Below are positions 12,825 to 24,046 of a stretch of 64,000 nucleotides of DNA, one piece after another. Position 1 is the stretch's first letter. Each line of letters starts with the position of its first letter. The notes beneath the pieces were generated by a model. The model made no database searches. It was not told where the DNA came from and saw only the letters and a program-made list of their open reading frames with translations. The position numbers were made by a program, and so were the translations under genes. The stretch covers positions 62,124,001 to 62,188,000 of the forward strand of contig NC_043000.1 in assembly GCF_006345805.1 (NCBI RefSeq), written 5' to 3'. The stretch comes from Octopus sinensis (Eukaryota).

Positions 12825-13507
12825 ATGATGGCTGCCCCCTCGTTATCGAGTATGGCCATTGCACGAAGCTTAACTGTTATTGGTGCTGTGATCGAATGTG
12901 ACTTTTATTTGATTTTTAAAGCTACAGCCAGTCATTCAGTTGAGACTCACAGCACTATCAACAATCATGAACAATGTTGTTATCGTGCAATGCCTGTGCA
13001 AGAAGATTTTTTTTAAAGTGAGGAAAGGCTGTGCACTGAGTCAATCCCACTCACTAAGCAACAGCAGCCATAATCCGAAAAGAAGAACAAGTCAACATCA
13101 TCGGTAACCACTGAGCCGCAGGTTTTATGTCGGAGTTATCCCAGTTACCCGAGTTACCTTCTCCTAGAAGGATGCCCTAACAATGGCTAGGAGTCCTTCA
13201 CTCCAAATGGTTTAACCGCGCGATCGGGTATTCAGTCCGATTATTTCTATGTCCCCGCGCATGATACAGCCTTAAGCCTTAAGAGAAGAAAAAAAGAAAA
13301 AAAAGAAAAAAAAAACACATTTATTAGACGGCCGTTGACTCTCAATAGCTCCTCCGCCCCTTGACGGGTTTGTTTTTCATCCCGCAGGGTGTCCAATAAA
13401 CACTCTCCTCACCAAGCAAGCTTGGTGGGTTGCCGGTTTAGTCGCCAACGGCCCGACCATGCAACAGGTTGTACTTGGTAACATGTTACCAGTAGCACTC
13501 GAAAGTG
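12825..13507 (-). mobile_element. Non-coding ~680-bp retroelement (probable non-autonomous RTE-type 5'+3' fusion), flanked by (CATA)n on both sides
   Basis: Reverse complement of 33117-33644. 3' end ...cgataacgagggggcagccatcat-(GTAT)n is shared with 58258-58342. The RTE assignment is inference from the tandem-repeat tail. Confidence 0.7.
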
Positions 13508-14184
13508 CATACATACATACATATTCTGTTTGCGCAACAATGTTTCTTCCTCACCTTTCTTGTGCTGGTGTCACTGGCTTTCACGTGCACCTCAGGTAAA
13601 CACTCCAATGAATCTCCCTCACATAACAACTCACCATCTTGCACTTCTTCCACTGCTTTTAATCGGGTCATCTCACGTTTTTCTGTCACCCATCCTGAAC
13701 ATCTTTAAATGCTTAATGCTGCTGCAATTTTTCGCAGCCTTTTCATTCATAGCTCCAGCTTATCTCATTATGTTCTCCTTCATTTTACTTTCTTTCTTAT
13801 AGGTGATTAAATTCTGAGATGTCAAGAGACTCAATTCGTTATTCTCCTTGTAGACAGAAATATATAGTAATCTACATATTTATTTTTGTATAAAATATTA
13901 TAATATATTACAAAATATTATAATAATCCAGGTTTCTCGGAGCACTGGGCCACTTGGTGTTGAATAGATATGCTATTAAATTAGTATCTAATTCTCTCAC
14001 CCTTATTAATTAATTATAATTATGCTACATTTATTTCTAAATGTGGTATTTGTCTCCGTGAAAGTTTGGCGCGCTGTTAGTAGGGGCATTTGAATTATAA
14101 CGTCGGATGTAATCAATTGAACCACACGTGTATTTATCGTTATGGTAAAATCTGGCGTGTGATTGAGTGGATTTCATCCAGATA

Positions 14185-14268
14185 GTTTTGGCTGAGGAGC
14201 TACAAGTGGATTTTTTTGTAAGTAAAATTACATTTAATTCATTAATAGCGAAACAATTGTCCCAAAAT
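14185..14268 (+). ncRNA. Type I hammerhead ribozyme, unit 1 (predicted cleavage after GUC, 14261)
   Basis: Stem I UUUUGG(14186-91)/CCAAAA(14262-67). CUGAGGA(14192-98). Stem II GCUA/UAGC enclosing a 43-nt insert. GAAA(14250-53). Palindromic helix III ACAAUUGU. GUC triplet. Confidence 0.88.
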
Positions 14269-14719
14269 AATCTGTATTTTTGTTATTTTTTATTTGCCCT
14301 GTTCGTGTGAGCTAACAATCGTACTGACTTTCATGGGAACATATATTTTTGTGGTTGAAACCTTTTGGATTAACTAGTGCTAGAGTGAGCCATATAGTGA
14401 CCACTCTCTTATATTTATTTTTGTATAAAATATTATAATATATTACAAAATATTATAATAATCCAGGTTTCTCGGAGCACTGGGCCACTTGGTGTTGAAT
14501 AGATATGCTATTAAATTAGTATCTAATTCTCTCACCCTTATTAATTAATTATAAGTATGCTACATTTATTTCTAAATGTGGTATTTGTCTCCGTGAAAGT
14601 TTGGGGAGCTGTTAGTAGGGGCATTTGAATTATAACGTCGGATGTAATCAATTGAACCACACGTGTATTTATCGTTATGGTAAAATCTGGCGTGTGATTG
14701 AGTGGATTTCATCCAGATA

Positions 14720-14803
14720 GTTTTGGCTGAGGAGCTACAAGTGGATTTTTTTGTAAGTAAAATTACATTTAATTCATTAATAGCGAAACAATTGTCCCAA
14801 AAT
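14720..14803 (+). ncRNA. Type I hammerhead ribozyme, unit 2 (predicted cleavage after 14796)
   Basis: Identical to the unit 1 hammerhead, 535 nt downstream. Confidence 0.88.
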
Positions 14804-15241
14804 AATCTGTATTTTTGTTATTTTTTATTTGCCCTGTTCGTGTGAGCTAACAATTGTACTGACTTTCATGGGAAACATATATTTTTGTGGTTGAAACCTT
14901 TTGGATTAACTGGTGCTAGAGTGAGCCATATAGTGACCACTCTCTTATATTTATTATTTTAGTAATCTACACTATATATTTCATAGTTTAGCTTGTAATG
15001 AATAGTCTGTACACTATGCTGCATATTAATATGTTCCCTATATTTTTCTGTGTACGAAGAAAATAACAAAATATAGTTACGTTTCATTACGTTTACACAG
15101 CGACGATTAACATCGCAACTGTCAGTATTACTACTATAAATATATCTCCGATATTCTCGAAGGTTTCTTTTGATGGCAATCTTTATATAGACGAACGGCA
15201 CTAAGAGCATATATCAGAGCAGACGAGAATCGTTTGGCATA

Positions 15242-15624
15242 GGCGTCGGAACTGCCAGATCATGAAATTTCAGTGTACTTTGCTTCCTCAGTCATAGGCG
15301 CCCTCCGTTAGCTGCATACAGCCAAATCTTACTGTCAACGATATATAGAATAACAGGGATGTTTCACATTGCTTATTAAAAGCAGATATTACCGTCAGAA
15401 GCAGTAAGATTTGAATATTGCAGAATGAAAATATTTATATCTAATTTAAAATGGATGCACTGTTGGAACGCTGAATACTGCCGTATTCACTTTAAGAGTT
15501 TCTTTTTTATAGACCTACGGTACCAAGATCATAAACATATATTGTTGCAGACGTGGACGGTCTAACACGGGCGTCAGAGCTGCCAGATCACGTTATTTCA
15601 ACGTTGTGCGATCTCCTCAGTGGC
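15242..15624 (-). repeat. Decayed tandem pair (328-bp period), each unit with a CUGAGGA...GAAA hammerhead-like motif
   Basis: 15242-15272 vs 15570-15600 match at 26/31. Minus strand of 15582-15624 reads GCCA CUGAGGA [14 nt] GAAA U AACGUG AUC UGGC. The 15254-15295 motif is more decayed. Confidence 0.5.
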
Positions 15625-15719
15625 TGTCAACCAGGTGTCGCATATCAGCCAAATATACGTTACAGTAGATGCAGTATTCGGTGTTATAATAATACAACTG
15701 TAAGCCGAGGCTATAGTAG

Positions 15720-16080
15720 AAGACAACAAAAGTAATAATTATGATGATAATAATGGTGATGATGATGATGATGATCCTCCTCCTCATCATCATCATCATG
15801 GTAATAACATGAAGAAGAAGAAGGAGAAGAAGAAGAAGAAGAAGAAGAAGAAGAAGGAGAAGAAGAAGGAGACGGAGAAGGAGAAGAAGAAGGAGAAGAA
15901 AAAGAAGAAGAAGGAGAAGAAGAAGAAGAAGAAGAAGAAGAAGAAGAAGAAGAAAAGAAGAAGAAGAAGAAGAAGAAGAAGAGAAGAAGAAGAAGAAGAA
16001 GAAGAAGAAGAAGAAGAAGAAGAAGAAGAAGAAGCAGAAGAAGAAGAAGAAGAAGAAGAAGAAGAGAAGAAGAAGAAGAA
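15720..16080. repeat. Compound trinucleotide microsatellite (AAT/GAT/CTC/GAA)
   Basis: Direct reading; explains the poly-L/F/S/K/E ORFs. Confidence 0.97.
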
Positions 16081-16082
16081 TC

Positions 16083-16410
16083 CATTCTACTATAGGTACA
16101 AGGCTTGAACGTTTTAAGAGAGTTAATCGATTACATCGACCCAACTGCTCAATTAATATTTATTCCATCGACCCCCAAAAAGGATGAATGCAATTTGGAC
16201 CACGGCAGCATTTGAAATTAGAACGTAAAGTCGGATGAAATGCGGCCTTAAATATCCCTTCTATTGTAGATACAAGGCCTGAAATTTGTGGGACGAGTGT
16301 CAGTCGATTATATGAAGGGTAATGTCGACCTCGTGGGATTTCGAACTCTGAACGTATAGCCGAAAGAAACGCCGCAAAGCATTCGTCTAGAATGCTAACG
16401 ACTCTGACAC
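16083..16410 (-). mobile_element. Two tandem degenerate family B-like SINEs
   Basis: Both show ctactataggtacaagg / gtcgattacatcgacc / gacctcg..gatttcgaactc motifs. Confidence 0.65.
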
Positions 16411-16630
16411 GAATTACGATATTCGGTAAAGTCATAGTAATACTTCATATATTATTGCACATATCTTAATGAGTCTTGTAGTATTTCTGTTGTTCATTAA
16501 AGTGACATATTGTTACAGAGTCATATTTAGTATTGGTTTTATTTGAAAACGAAATTTTCTGCAGGAAACTTGTTTGAATTCACCAGCATTTTCTCTCTTT
16601 TCTTGTTTAAAATCTTTTAACTTATATATA

Positions 16631-16958
16631 GGCGCAGGAGTAGCTGTGTGGTACGTAGCTTGTTCACCAACCACATGGTTCTGGGTTCAGTCCCACTGCG
16701 TGGCACCTTGAGTAGGTGTCTTCTACTATAGCGTCGGGCCGACCAAAACCTTGTGACTGGATTTGGTAGACGGAAGCTGAAAGAAGCCTATCGTTTATAT
16801 ATATATATGTGTGTGTGTGTGTGTATGGTTGTGTGTCTGTGTTTGTCCCCCAACATCGCTTGACAACCGATGCTTATGTGTTTACGTCCCCATAATCTAG
16901 CGGTTCGGCAAAAGTGACTGATAGAATAAGTACTAGGCTTACAAAGAATAAGTCCTGA
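16631..16958 (+). mobile_element. SINE family A, 3'-truncated, with internal (TA)(TG) tract
   Basis: ggcgcaggagtagctgtgtgg ... gatagaataagtactaggcttacaaagaataagtcctg. Confidence 0.9.
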
Positions 16959-17085
16959 ATTACATCTCGCCTAGAGATTCACTATAGCGTATTTCTCCAT
17001 TTTCTAGATCAGCGACGGTTAGTCACTGGAAAAATCATATAATATTTTGCAAGTGGGGTGAGTTTTCATCACTAGCTCGGGATGA

Positions 17086-17132
17086 ATATACGCTGAGGAT
17101 GGGTAACCACTCAGAAACTCGAGTCCATGTGT
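17086..17132 (+). ncRNA. Minimal type I hammerhead (predicted cleavage after GUC, 17125) inside an unclassified (TA)n-anchored element (~16960-17345)
   Basis: CUGAGGA(17093-99). Stem II UGGGU-aacc-ACUCA. GAAAC-UCGA-GUC with palindromic helix III (ACUCGAGU). Stem I 7 bp with one C-A mismatch and two G-U pairs. Confidence 0.7.
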
Positions 17133-17345
17133 ATCACGTAAGGCTAAGGATGGGAGCGATGACCTCCTCTCGCAAATACTAATTTGACACAGAAAGTGTG
17201 CCGTTAGGCAGCTGGAAGAGATCTCTTCCTGGGGTTAACAATGTCAGTAGCACTGTCCCGTATAGGACGCTACACTTGGTTGGCAATTATTTGATATGAT
17301 TCAGTATTGCTACTGATTATATCTCGCTCAGAGACTTAATATAAC

Positions 17346-17426
<81 letters not shown>

Positions 17427-18093
17427 TGTGTGTGTGTGTGTGTACAGAAAGAGAGAGAGAGAGAGAGAGTGAGGTTATGAGAGGCAATGGTAGGTGTCAG
17501 GTAATGCTGAGTAAGTGCTATGGATAGACTATAATTAAGCTCCAGGTTCTATGATTATGCGTATAAAGAGTCCAGCATAAGTCATATATCAGCAAGTGTA
17601 TATATGAAAAAACTTTTTCAGACTGAGATAAGAAAAAAAAACAAGGCTGTGAAGATTTTAGAACATTTATAAATAGGTCCTGTTTCCAGGATATTTATTA
17701 CATCCCGTCATCATGCTTATTATATCCCGTCATCCCGTTTATTATATCCCTTCATCGGAGACGTTGTTAGAAAATGGTTACGCAATAGTTAATTTAGATA
17801 AGATACGAAATAGAGAGTGAAATGGAGGAATGAAAATAGATGTGAAATATGCATTTGAAGATCCATTATTTAGGCAGAGTGGTATACATATAAGATTCCA
17901 ATACATTGTGAGTAAAATCCAATAGTATTTAAAATTGGTCATTCCTTTTATGTAGTGATGAGGCAGAGAGAGGAGTAGTAGTATGAAATAAAGAATTTAG
18001 GAATATAGATTAGGTGGTTGGACAGGTCGTGCATGTCTACATATACATATGAGTACGAGTTGTATATGTAGATATTGATATGTACAAACATCA

Positions 18094-18177
<84 letters not shown>

Positions 18178-18764
18178 GTCTAATATATACATATCAATAC
18201 ATCTTCACATATATATTTTCTTCTACTACTATATAGTTCTTTTACGAACTATATACATATATTTGCATACATATAAACATGTATGTATGTACATGTATCT
18301 ATATACACACATATAGGAATATATATATATAACAGACAAATACGAATAAACCAATTAACGTACCAGATAATTTTTTATATTTACCATAATTATCTTTGTT
18401 TATAGCGAATGTTTCATAGGTACCAAAAGAAAATTAAATCCAGCTCTATATGAGAAAGGGAGATAATCTCAGGAAACTTGAATTCCCTGATGTTGACATG
18501 CTTTTTCGCAGAAGGTCAGGCTTATTGTTTGAAGTTAACTTAAGAGATTTCTTGATTTTTAAGATTGTCGCACCTTCGTATACTGAACTTGTTTTAATTG
18601 TGATATGGTAATTATGTCATATCCCGTAGAGTCGGAGATAATTTTAATAAACAAAGAACTTATGTCATATAGTCTTTGATATACCTGCATTTGTCAATGT
18701 TCTTAAAATACACGCCGCAGGTCAACGTAGTGTTTTTTGCACATTTTTGTTTAATTTATACATA

Positions 18765-18838
<74 letters not shown>

Positions 18839-19649
18839 ATATATATACAATATATATAATTACATGTATGTACGCACGCACACACACACATACATATATA
18901 TACTCACATTTTACATGCATGTATATATGTATGTGTGCGTGTGTGTGTGTGTAGCTTATAAATTATAAAAGGTTACTAATTAAATACCGACACGATGATA
19001 ATTACAAGTTACATTAATATGGAAGACGTATGATCATCATACTAATACCGCTACCTTCTGTAATATTATTTATAGCTCTTTATGTTTAATTAAGTATTCG
19101 TAATAATTTTTAATGTTCTTCCTTCTTCGAAATAAGCAACTCTTGAGTTAATTACTAATACCATAAACACTAGGACTATAATTATTGCTATTCGGTTTCT
19201 TAATATACTTTCCCATCATTTCAATACGATCATCATTAACGCTTTCTGGTAAAAACCCTTTGCATACAGTAAAAGTGAATGCGAACGGTTATCATTAAAC
19301 AGGATTTTGTGACGTTCATTTAAATCAGCTATATTTATTTGAGGTAGTAATTTAATGTCTTTTCTGTAGTTAGAAGCAGCAGGCACTTAATTGTTTCAAT
19401 TTTCCCCGAGTCTCAAGTTGATAGAGTTTGATATTATAAACGAAGTTAATTGTTTTACAGTCTTAATTTTGTCCCTATATTCATCATTAAGTTTAAGTAA
19501 AAATAAATCATGTGTGGATTCATGAAAGTGAATTTATTTTCTCTTAACAGAAACTATTACTTTAATTACTTATGAAGAGAAGATTCAGCATAAATAGATT
19601 CTTAATATATTAATTCTCAGCTTACGATTATTATATATACACTTTAAAT

Positions 19650-19666
19650 AGATGGATGGATGGATG

Positions 19667-19762
<96 letters not shown>
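19650..19762. repeat. (GATG)/(GATA)n tetranucleotide array
   Basis: Direct reading. Confidence 0.97.
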
Positions 19763-19763
<1 letters not shown>

Positions 19764-20081
19764 GCGTTCCATCATTCTCGTGTTTGACCAGAAGGCTATA
19801 TTTATTCTGCTTTCGTCTATCGTTTCAAATTACATTTGTTTACTTTCGTACATCTACCCTGCATTGTCTTGTTTGCTTGAGCCATAATTCTACGCAAAAT
19901 TTGCGGCTGCCGCCGATGTACGGGGTTTTCAATATTGTAGTTAAAGGCACGAAACTGAGTATTACTATTTTTGGTCGATAACTGATGAAGAATTAGGGTC
20001 TTTCTGTGTTTGTCCTACGTGTGCGTTTTGTAGTATTTAATGCATTTTTCATTTATATATATACATATACATATATATATA

Positions 20082-20164
<83 letters not shown>

Positions 20165-20165
<1 letters not shown>

Positions 20166-20500
20166 ATTGTCTAAAGTCGTAAGACGCCCCTGTCCTTGTA
20201 CTGTCCACCATTCGTGTTTTTTATTTCTGTTTTTTATTTCTATTTTTCTTTCTTGTATCTATATTCGTGTGGCATCCTGTCTTTGTTTCGTATACATTCG
20301 ATCCTCTTTCCAAGAAATCCAATGCCTGTGGCTTGGTTTTTCCTTGGGGCTGGCCGGGTCGGAGTAATATCGAGATTAAACAGCCGAAATTACTAAGATG
20401 ATCCGGTTCCCGACTGAAGATTAGAGGCTTCGAGTGACCCGTCTGTTTTTTTGTGTCGTCTCTTTGTGTGTTTTTGCGTTCTTGTCCCACTTTGTAATTT
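20165..20500 (+). mobile_element. Copy of a dispersed (TA)n-associated repeat (Penelope pseudo-LTR-like; inference)
   Basis: gggctggcc..ggagtaatatcgag...cgactgaagat..gaggcttcgagtgacccgtc aligns with the reverse complements of 51553-51690, 52305-52409 and 61905-62085. Confidence 0.6.
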
Positions 20501-20519
20501 ATATTTTATATTTAATTTC

Positions 20520-20560
<41 letters not shown>

Positions 20561-20869
20561 GAGACTGAGGGAGGGGGAGAGAGCGGAGAAAGAGAAGAGA
20601 GAGGTGAGGAGAGCGCGCGCGAGAGAGAGATGTAATTATCTTTTTTTAATTATCAGCTTTTTAGTAGTTATGTCCGCTTTCTGAATAGCAAAGGCGTAAC
20701 CTTGATTTAGTACGTAGCGTATCTATCACAAGCCAAGGTAAGGCTACTTTGCACGTACGGATGCATGTATCTATACATGTTTGCATGTATTTATGTATAT
20801 ATATATATGCATGTATGCATGTATGTAGGTGTGCATGTATGTATATTCTGGGTGTGATTTTAAACGGCA

Positions 20870-21830
20870 TTTGATATTGGAGCTCTGTCACTGGAATTTC
20901 AAGATTTTGAGGAATGTGGAATCACCTATTTGCCACTAATGTTGCCAGGTCTACAAGTACCCTTTGGGGTAGCTATGGGTTAACTATCATGTAAACCATT
21001 GGAAAAAACCTTTAGTTCTTGTTAGAACGTCCTTTTATGAGAATTTAAACTCATATAAAAGCCTGACGTGCAGTCGGTCTCTGGTCGGCTCAAGCTATTT
21101 TGTTTCACAGTTTTTATAGTTGACCGCGCTGAGTAGTGGTTCTCTGTTATGCAACACTTTAGGCACCGAAAATGAATTAATGCACAGGAGTTTCTTGGAC
21201 TCTCGGAAAGTCTTCAGGACATACTGAGTTTATGAAGTGGCCTTACTCGGTAACGAGTTGATTTTCATCATGTATGTACGAGTGTTCTGGTAGGCATGTA
21301 TGTATATATGCATGTATGTGTCAGTACTATTCCAGGACAAATGGCAGCTACTAGACTCATTATCAGTATGAGAGCTGATGATGCCGCACATCTCGTCAGT
21401 GTAATAGAAGATGTCGATTGCATCGTATAAGTGTTGAAGACATTCTCTAAATCTTCATCAGTAGCTCAATAATCTTTGAAGTCGTATTATTCCGCGAAAC
21501 AAAAATTTGTGGCTAACACTATTTACAATGCGTTTCACAAGACGAATTCCACTGGTGGTCATACAAAAGACGTGTCACAAACAGAATTTGTGTACAAATT
21601 CTTATGCATGTCCTTAATGACAGAACACGTTCGAGTAATCTTAAGTTTAATTTTCACCAAATACGAAAGAAAATAAAGTATTTTGCAATCATTTTGGATT
21701 ATAAGCTTTTGTCTTTCATTGAGAGAATTGACAAAATACGGGAACAATGGGACAGTAATGCATGAGCGTGATGTAGTTGTCTACGGGATATACAAAGGGA
21801 AAGGTACAAATGATACTCGGTCGCTCAAAA
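20870..21830 (+). pseudogene. Decayed L1/Tx1-like ORF2 reverse transcriptase, interrupted by mariner
   Basis: RLIISMRADD (cf. ISLYADD), LKTFSKSS (cf. F.K.SGLKIN), FVYKFLCMSL (cf. YKYLG.PL) and ERIDKIREQW occur in RT order. Confidence 0.5.
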
Positions 21831-21832
21831 TA

Positions 21833-23106
21833 TCAGGTCATCCGATAAGTTCTGTCCGATTTTACCTTTTTTTTTAGTACTTTAGAATGTCTAATGGAAT
21901 TAAAAATTATGTTTATGCATTTGTGTACATTTAAACTGATTAAATATTATTTTACACAATAATAGAATAAAAATGTCTTTCTTTGATTAAAACCCTTTCT
22001 AACATGGAAGTATCAAAAGAGCATTTGAGGCACATAATGCTTTATGAGTACAAAAAAGGAAACTCTGCAGCCGAAGCCACTCGAAACATACACTCAGTAT
22101 ATGGGAAATGATGCTTGAATGAGAGAACTTGTAGAAGATGCTTTGCAAAATTCAGAAGTAGAGATTTCAGCCTTGAAGATGAAGATTGAACGGGACGTCC
22201 AGTTGAGTTTGATGATAAGCTTCTTGAGGCATTACTTGAAGAAAATCATGCATTTTCAGTTGAAGAATTGACAATAAAGTTTAGTTCACACCATACAACT
22301 GTTCATCGTCATCTTCAACAGCTTAGAAAGGTTCCTAAACTTGGAAAATGGGTGCCTCAAGAATTGTCCGAAAACAACTGCGAATCCCAAGTTGACATCT
22401 GCTCTTCTCTCCATTCTTGCAAACTTATTTCACCCATTTTGGATAGACTTGTGACTGGTGATGAAAAACGGATATTCTATCGAAATATTATACGTCGTAA
22501 ACAGTGGCTTGGTAAAATGGAAACAGCTCAACCCCAGCCATGAAGGGAACTTCATGGGAAAAGGTTTTTCTCTCTATCTGGTGGGATTGCAAAGAAGTAA
22601 TTCACTTTGAAATGTTACCACCTAATGCAACAATCAATGCTCAACTCAACTGTCAGCAATTAGAGCGTTTGAACCAAGCTTTGGAGAAAAAAGGATCCGC
22701 TTTAGTGAATCGAAAAGGAGTGATGTTTTATCAGGACAAAGCGCGACCCCACACTGCAAAGATCACATCACAGAAGATCGAAGAGCTTGGTTGGGAAAAA
22801 ATTCCTCATCCACTGTATTCTCCCGACCTTGCTCCTTCAGACTACCATTTGTTTCGTAGTTTACAGAATCATTTGGGGGACATAACTTTCGCAAACCAGG
22901 AGCATGTCAAAACTGACATTTCAGAGTTCTTCGCTTTGAAACCAAAAGAGTTTTACATTGATAGGATTAAAAAGCTTGTAAAGAGATGGAAGGAAGCCAT
23001 AGATAATGAGGGGAAGTACATTGATGATTAACTTTCAATTAAATATAATATTTGATCATTTGTTTTCTCTATTCAACATTCGGTCAGAGCTTATGGGATG
23101 ACCTGA
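21833..23106 (+). mobile_element. Full-length mariner (DD34D) transposon, ~27-bp TIRs, TA TSD
   Basis: TIRs tcaggtcatccgataagttctgtccga / reverse complement tcaggtcatcccataagctctgaccga. TA at 21831-32 and 23107-08. Confidence 0.95.
22004..23031 (+). pseudogene. Mariner transposase pseudogene
   Basis: MEVSKEHLRH..., WVPQEL, TGDEK, QDKARPH...YSPDLAPSD (D34D counted). In-frame TGA at 22109 and 22187, frameshift near 22540. Confidence 0.95.
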
Positions 23107-24046
23107 TATAATACGAAAGGATACTGTTAGAAGTGTAGTCAAAATCTCTGTAAAATATACGTACAGCACACTAGATATAATGATCTGGGAGAGATTAAGG
23201 ATTTCTGCACATTGGTAGAAATCATTTCTCCAGAGGCCTTAAAATTTTGAAAGCTAATTGATGACGAAAATCACCAATGACAAAATTTCAGAAATAATTT
23301 TAATTTTACTGTTGCATTCTTGGGACAATTGTTATATAATACACGGCTCCTGCAATACTGGGTATCGCAGAATCAGGAAGGGTATCCCTGATAAGCAATT
23401 ACAGTTAAAAGACATCCATTGAACTGCGTAAATACATAAAACATTCAAGAAATTCAGCTTGCGGTTTGTATATAATCATACAAATATTATATGTTCATAT
23501 GCACAAACCGAAACATACAGTTCCACAAGCAATGGCCTACTTAGGCATACACACTTGTAAAGGCGTATTCACGTACGCATGAATACATGAATACATGCAG
23601 ATACGTATGCCTTTATGTCTACATACCTATTTGCATACATACAAGCATGTATACATGCTTGCATACATACATACATACATACATACATACATACATACAT
23701 ACATAGAAGTGTGTTTTATAGGTGATTTCTTTGATGTTAACGGCTGCAATTTTGATCGGATTCTGCCGAAAATATTTTTACCTAATCGATATTTCCTGCT
23801 CAGACTATTTTCGTGATAGACTTTCACGAATAGGAGAAATGTTAACTGAATGTTCCTTTCTGTTTCTTTTTACTTTAGGAACTGATTTTGTGAAAATATA
23901 ATACTCTTATTGTCTATTTTCCTAAAATCATTATGCATTATTATTTACTACTATTAAGCCATAATAAAAGCCAGTGTAACAATATTTTTGTTGCTGTCAC
24001 AATTTTTTTATTAATGCTGGGAAATAATAATTATGGTTTCAAATTA

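Larger units (their letters stand above)
13877..14959 (+). mobile_element. Non-LTR retrozyme-like head-to-tail dimer (535/536-bp units) with 12-bp TSD
   Basis: Units start at 13876 and 14411 and differ at about 6 positions. TSD tagtaatctaca at 13865-13876 and 14960-14971. One complete hammerhead per unit. No ORF. Confidence 0.85.

Noticed and set aside
14182-14217. Apparent duplicated 36-nt exon (IVLAEELQVDFF) ending at gtaagt, repeated at 14717-14752
   Set aside because: It overlaps the hammerhead stem I/core/helix II, the donor context (TTT|GT) is poor, and it is explained by the retrozyme-like unit.
13877-14959. Dimer as a pure assembly artefact
   Set aside because: Not favoured: the TSD encloses both units once, the units differ at several sites, and a permuted relative exists nearby. 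It still needs read-level confirmation.
19983-20005. CUGAUGA-AG motif (also 5161, 25370, 43325, 57213)
   Set aside because: No downstream stem II-GAAA-helix III arrangement.
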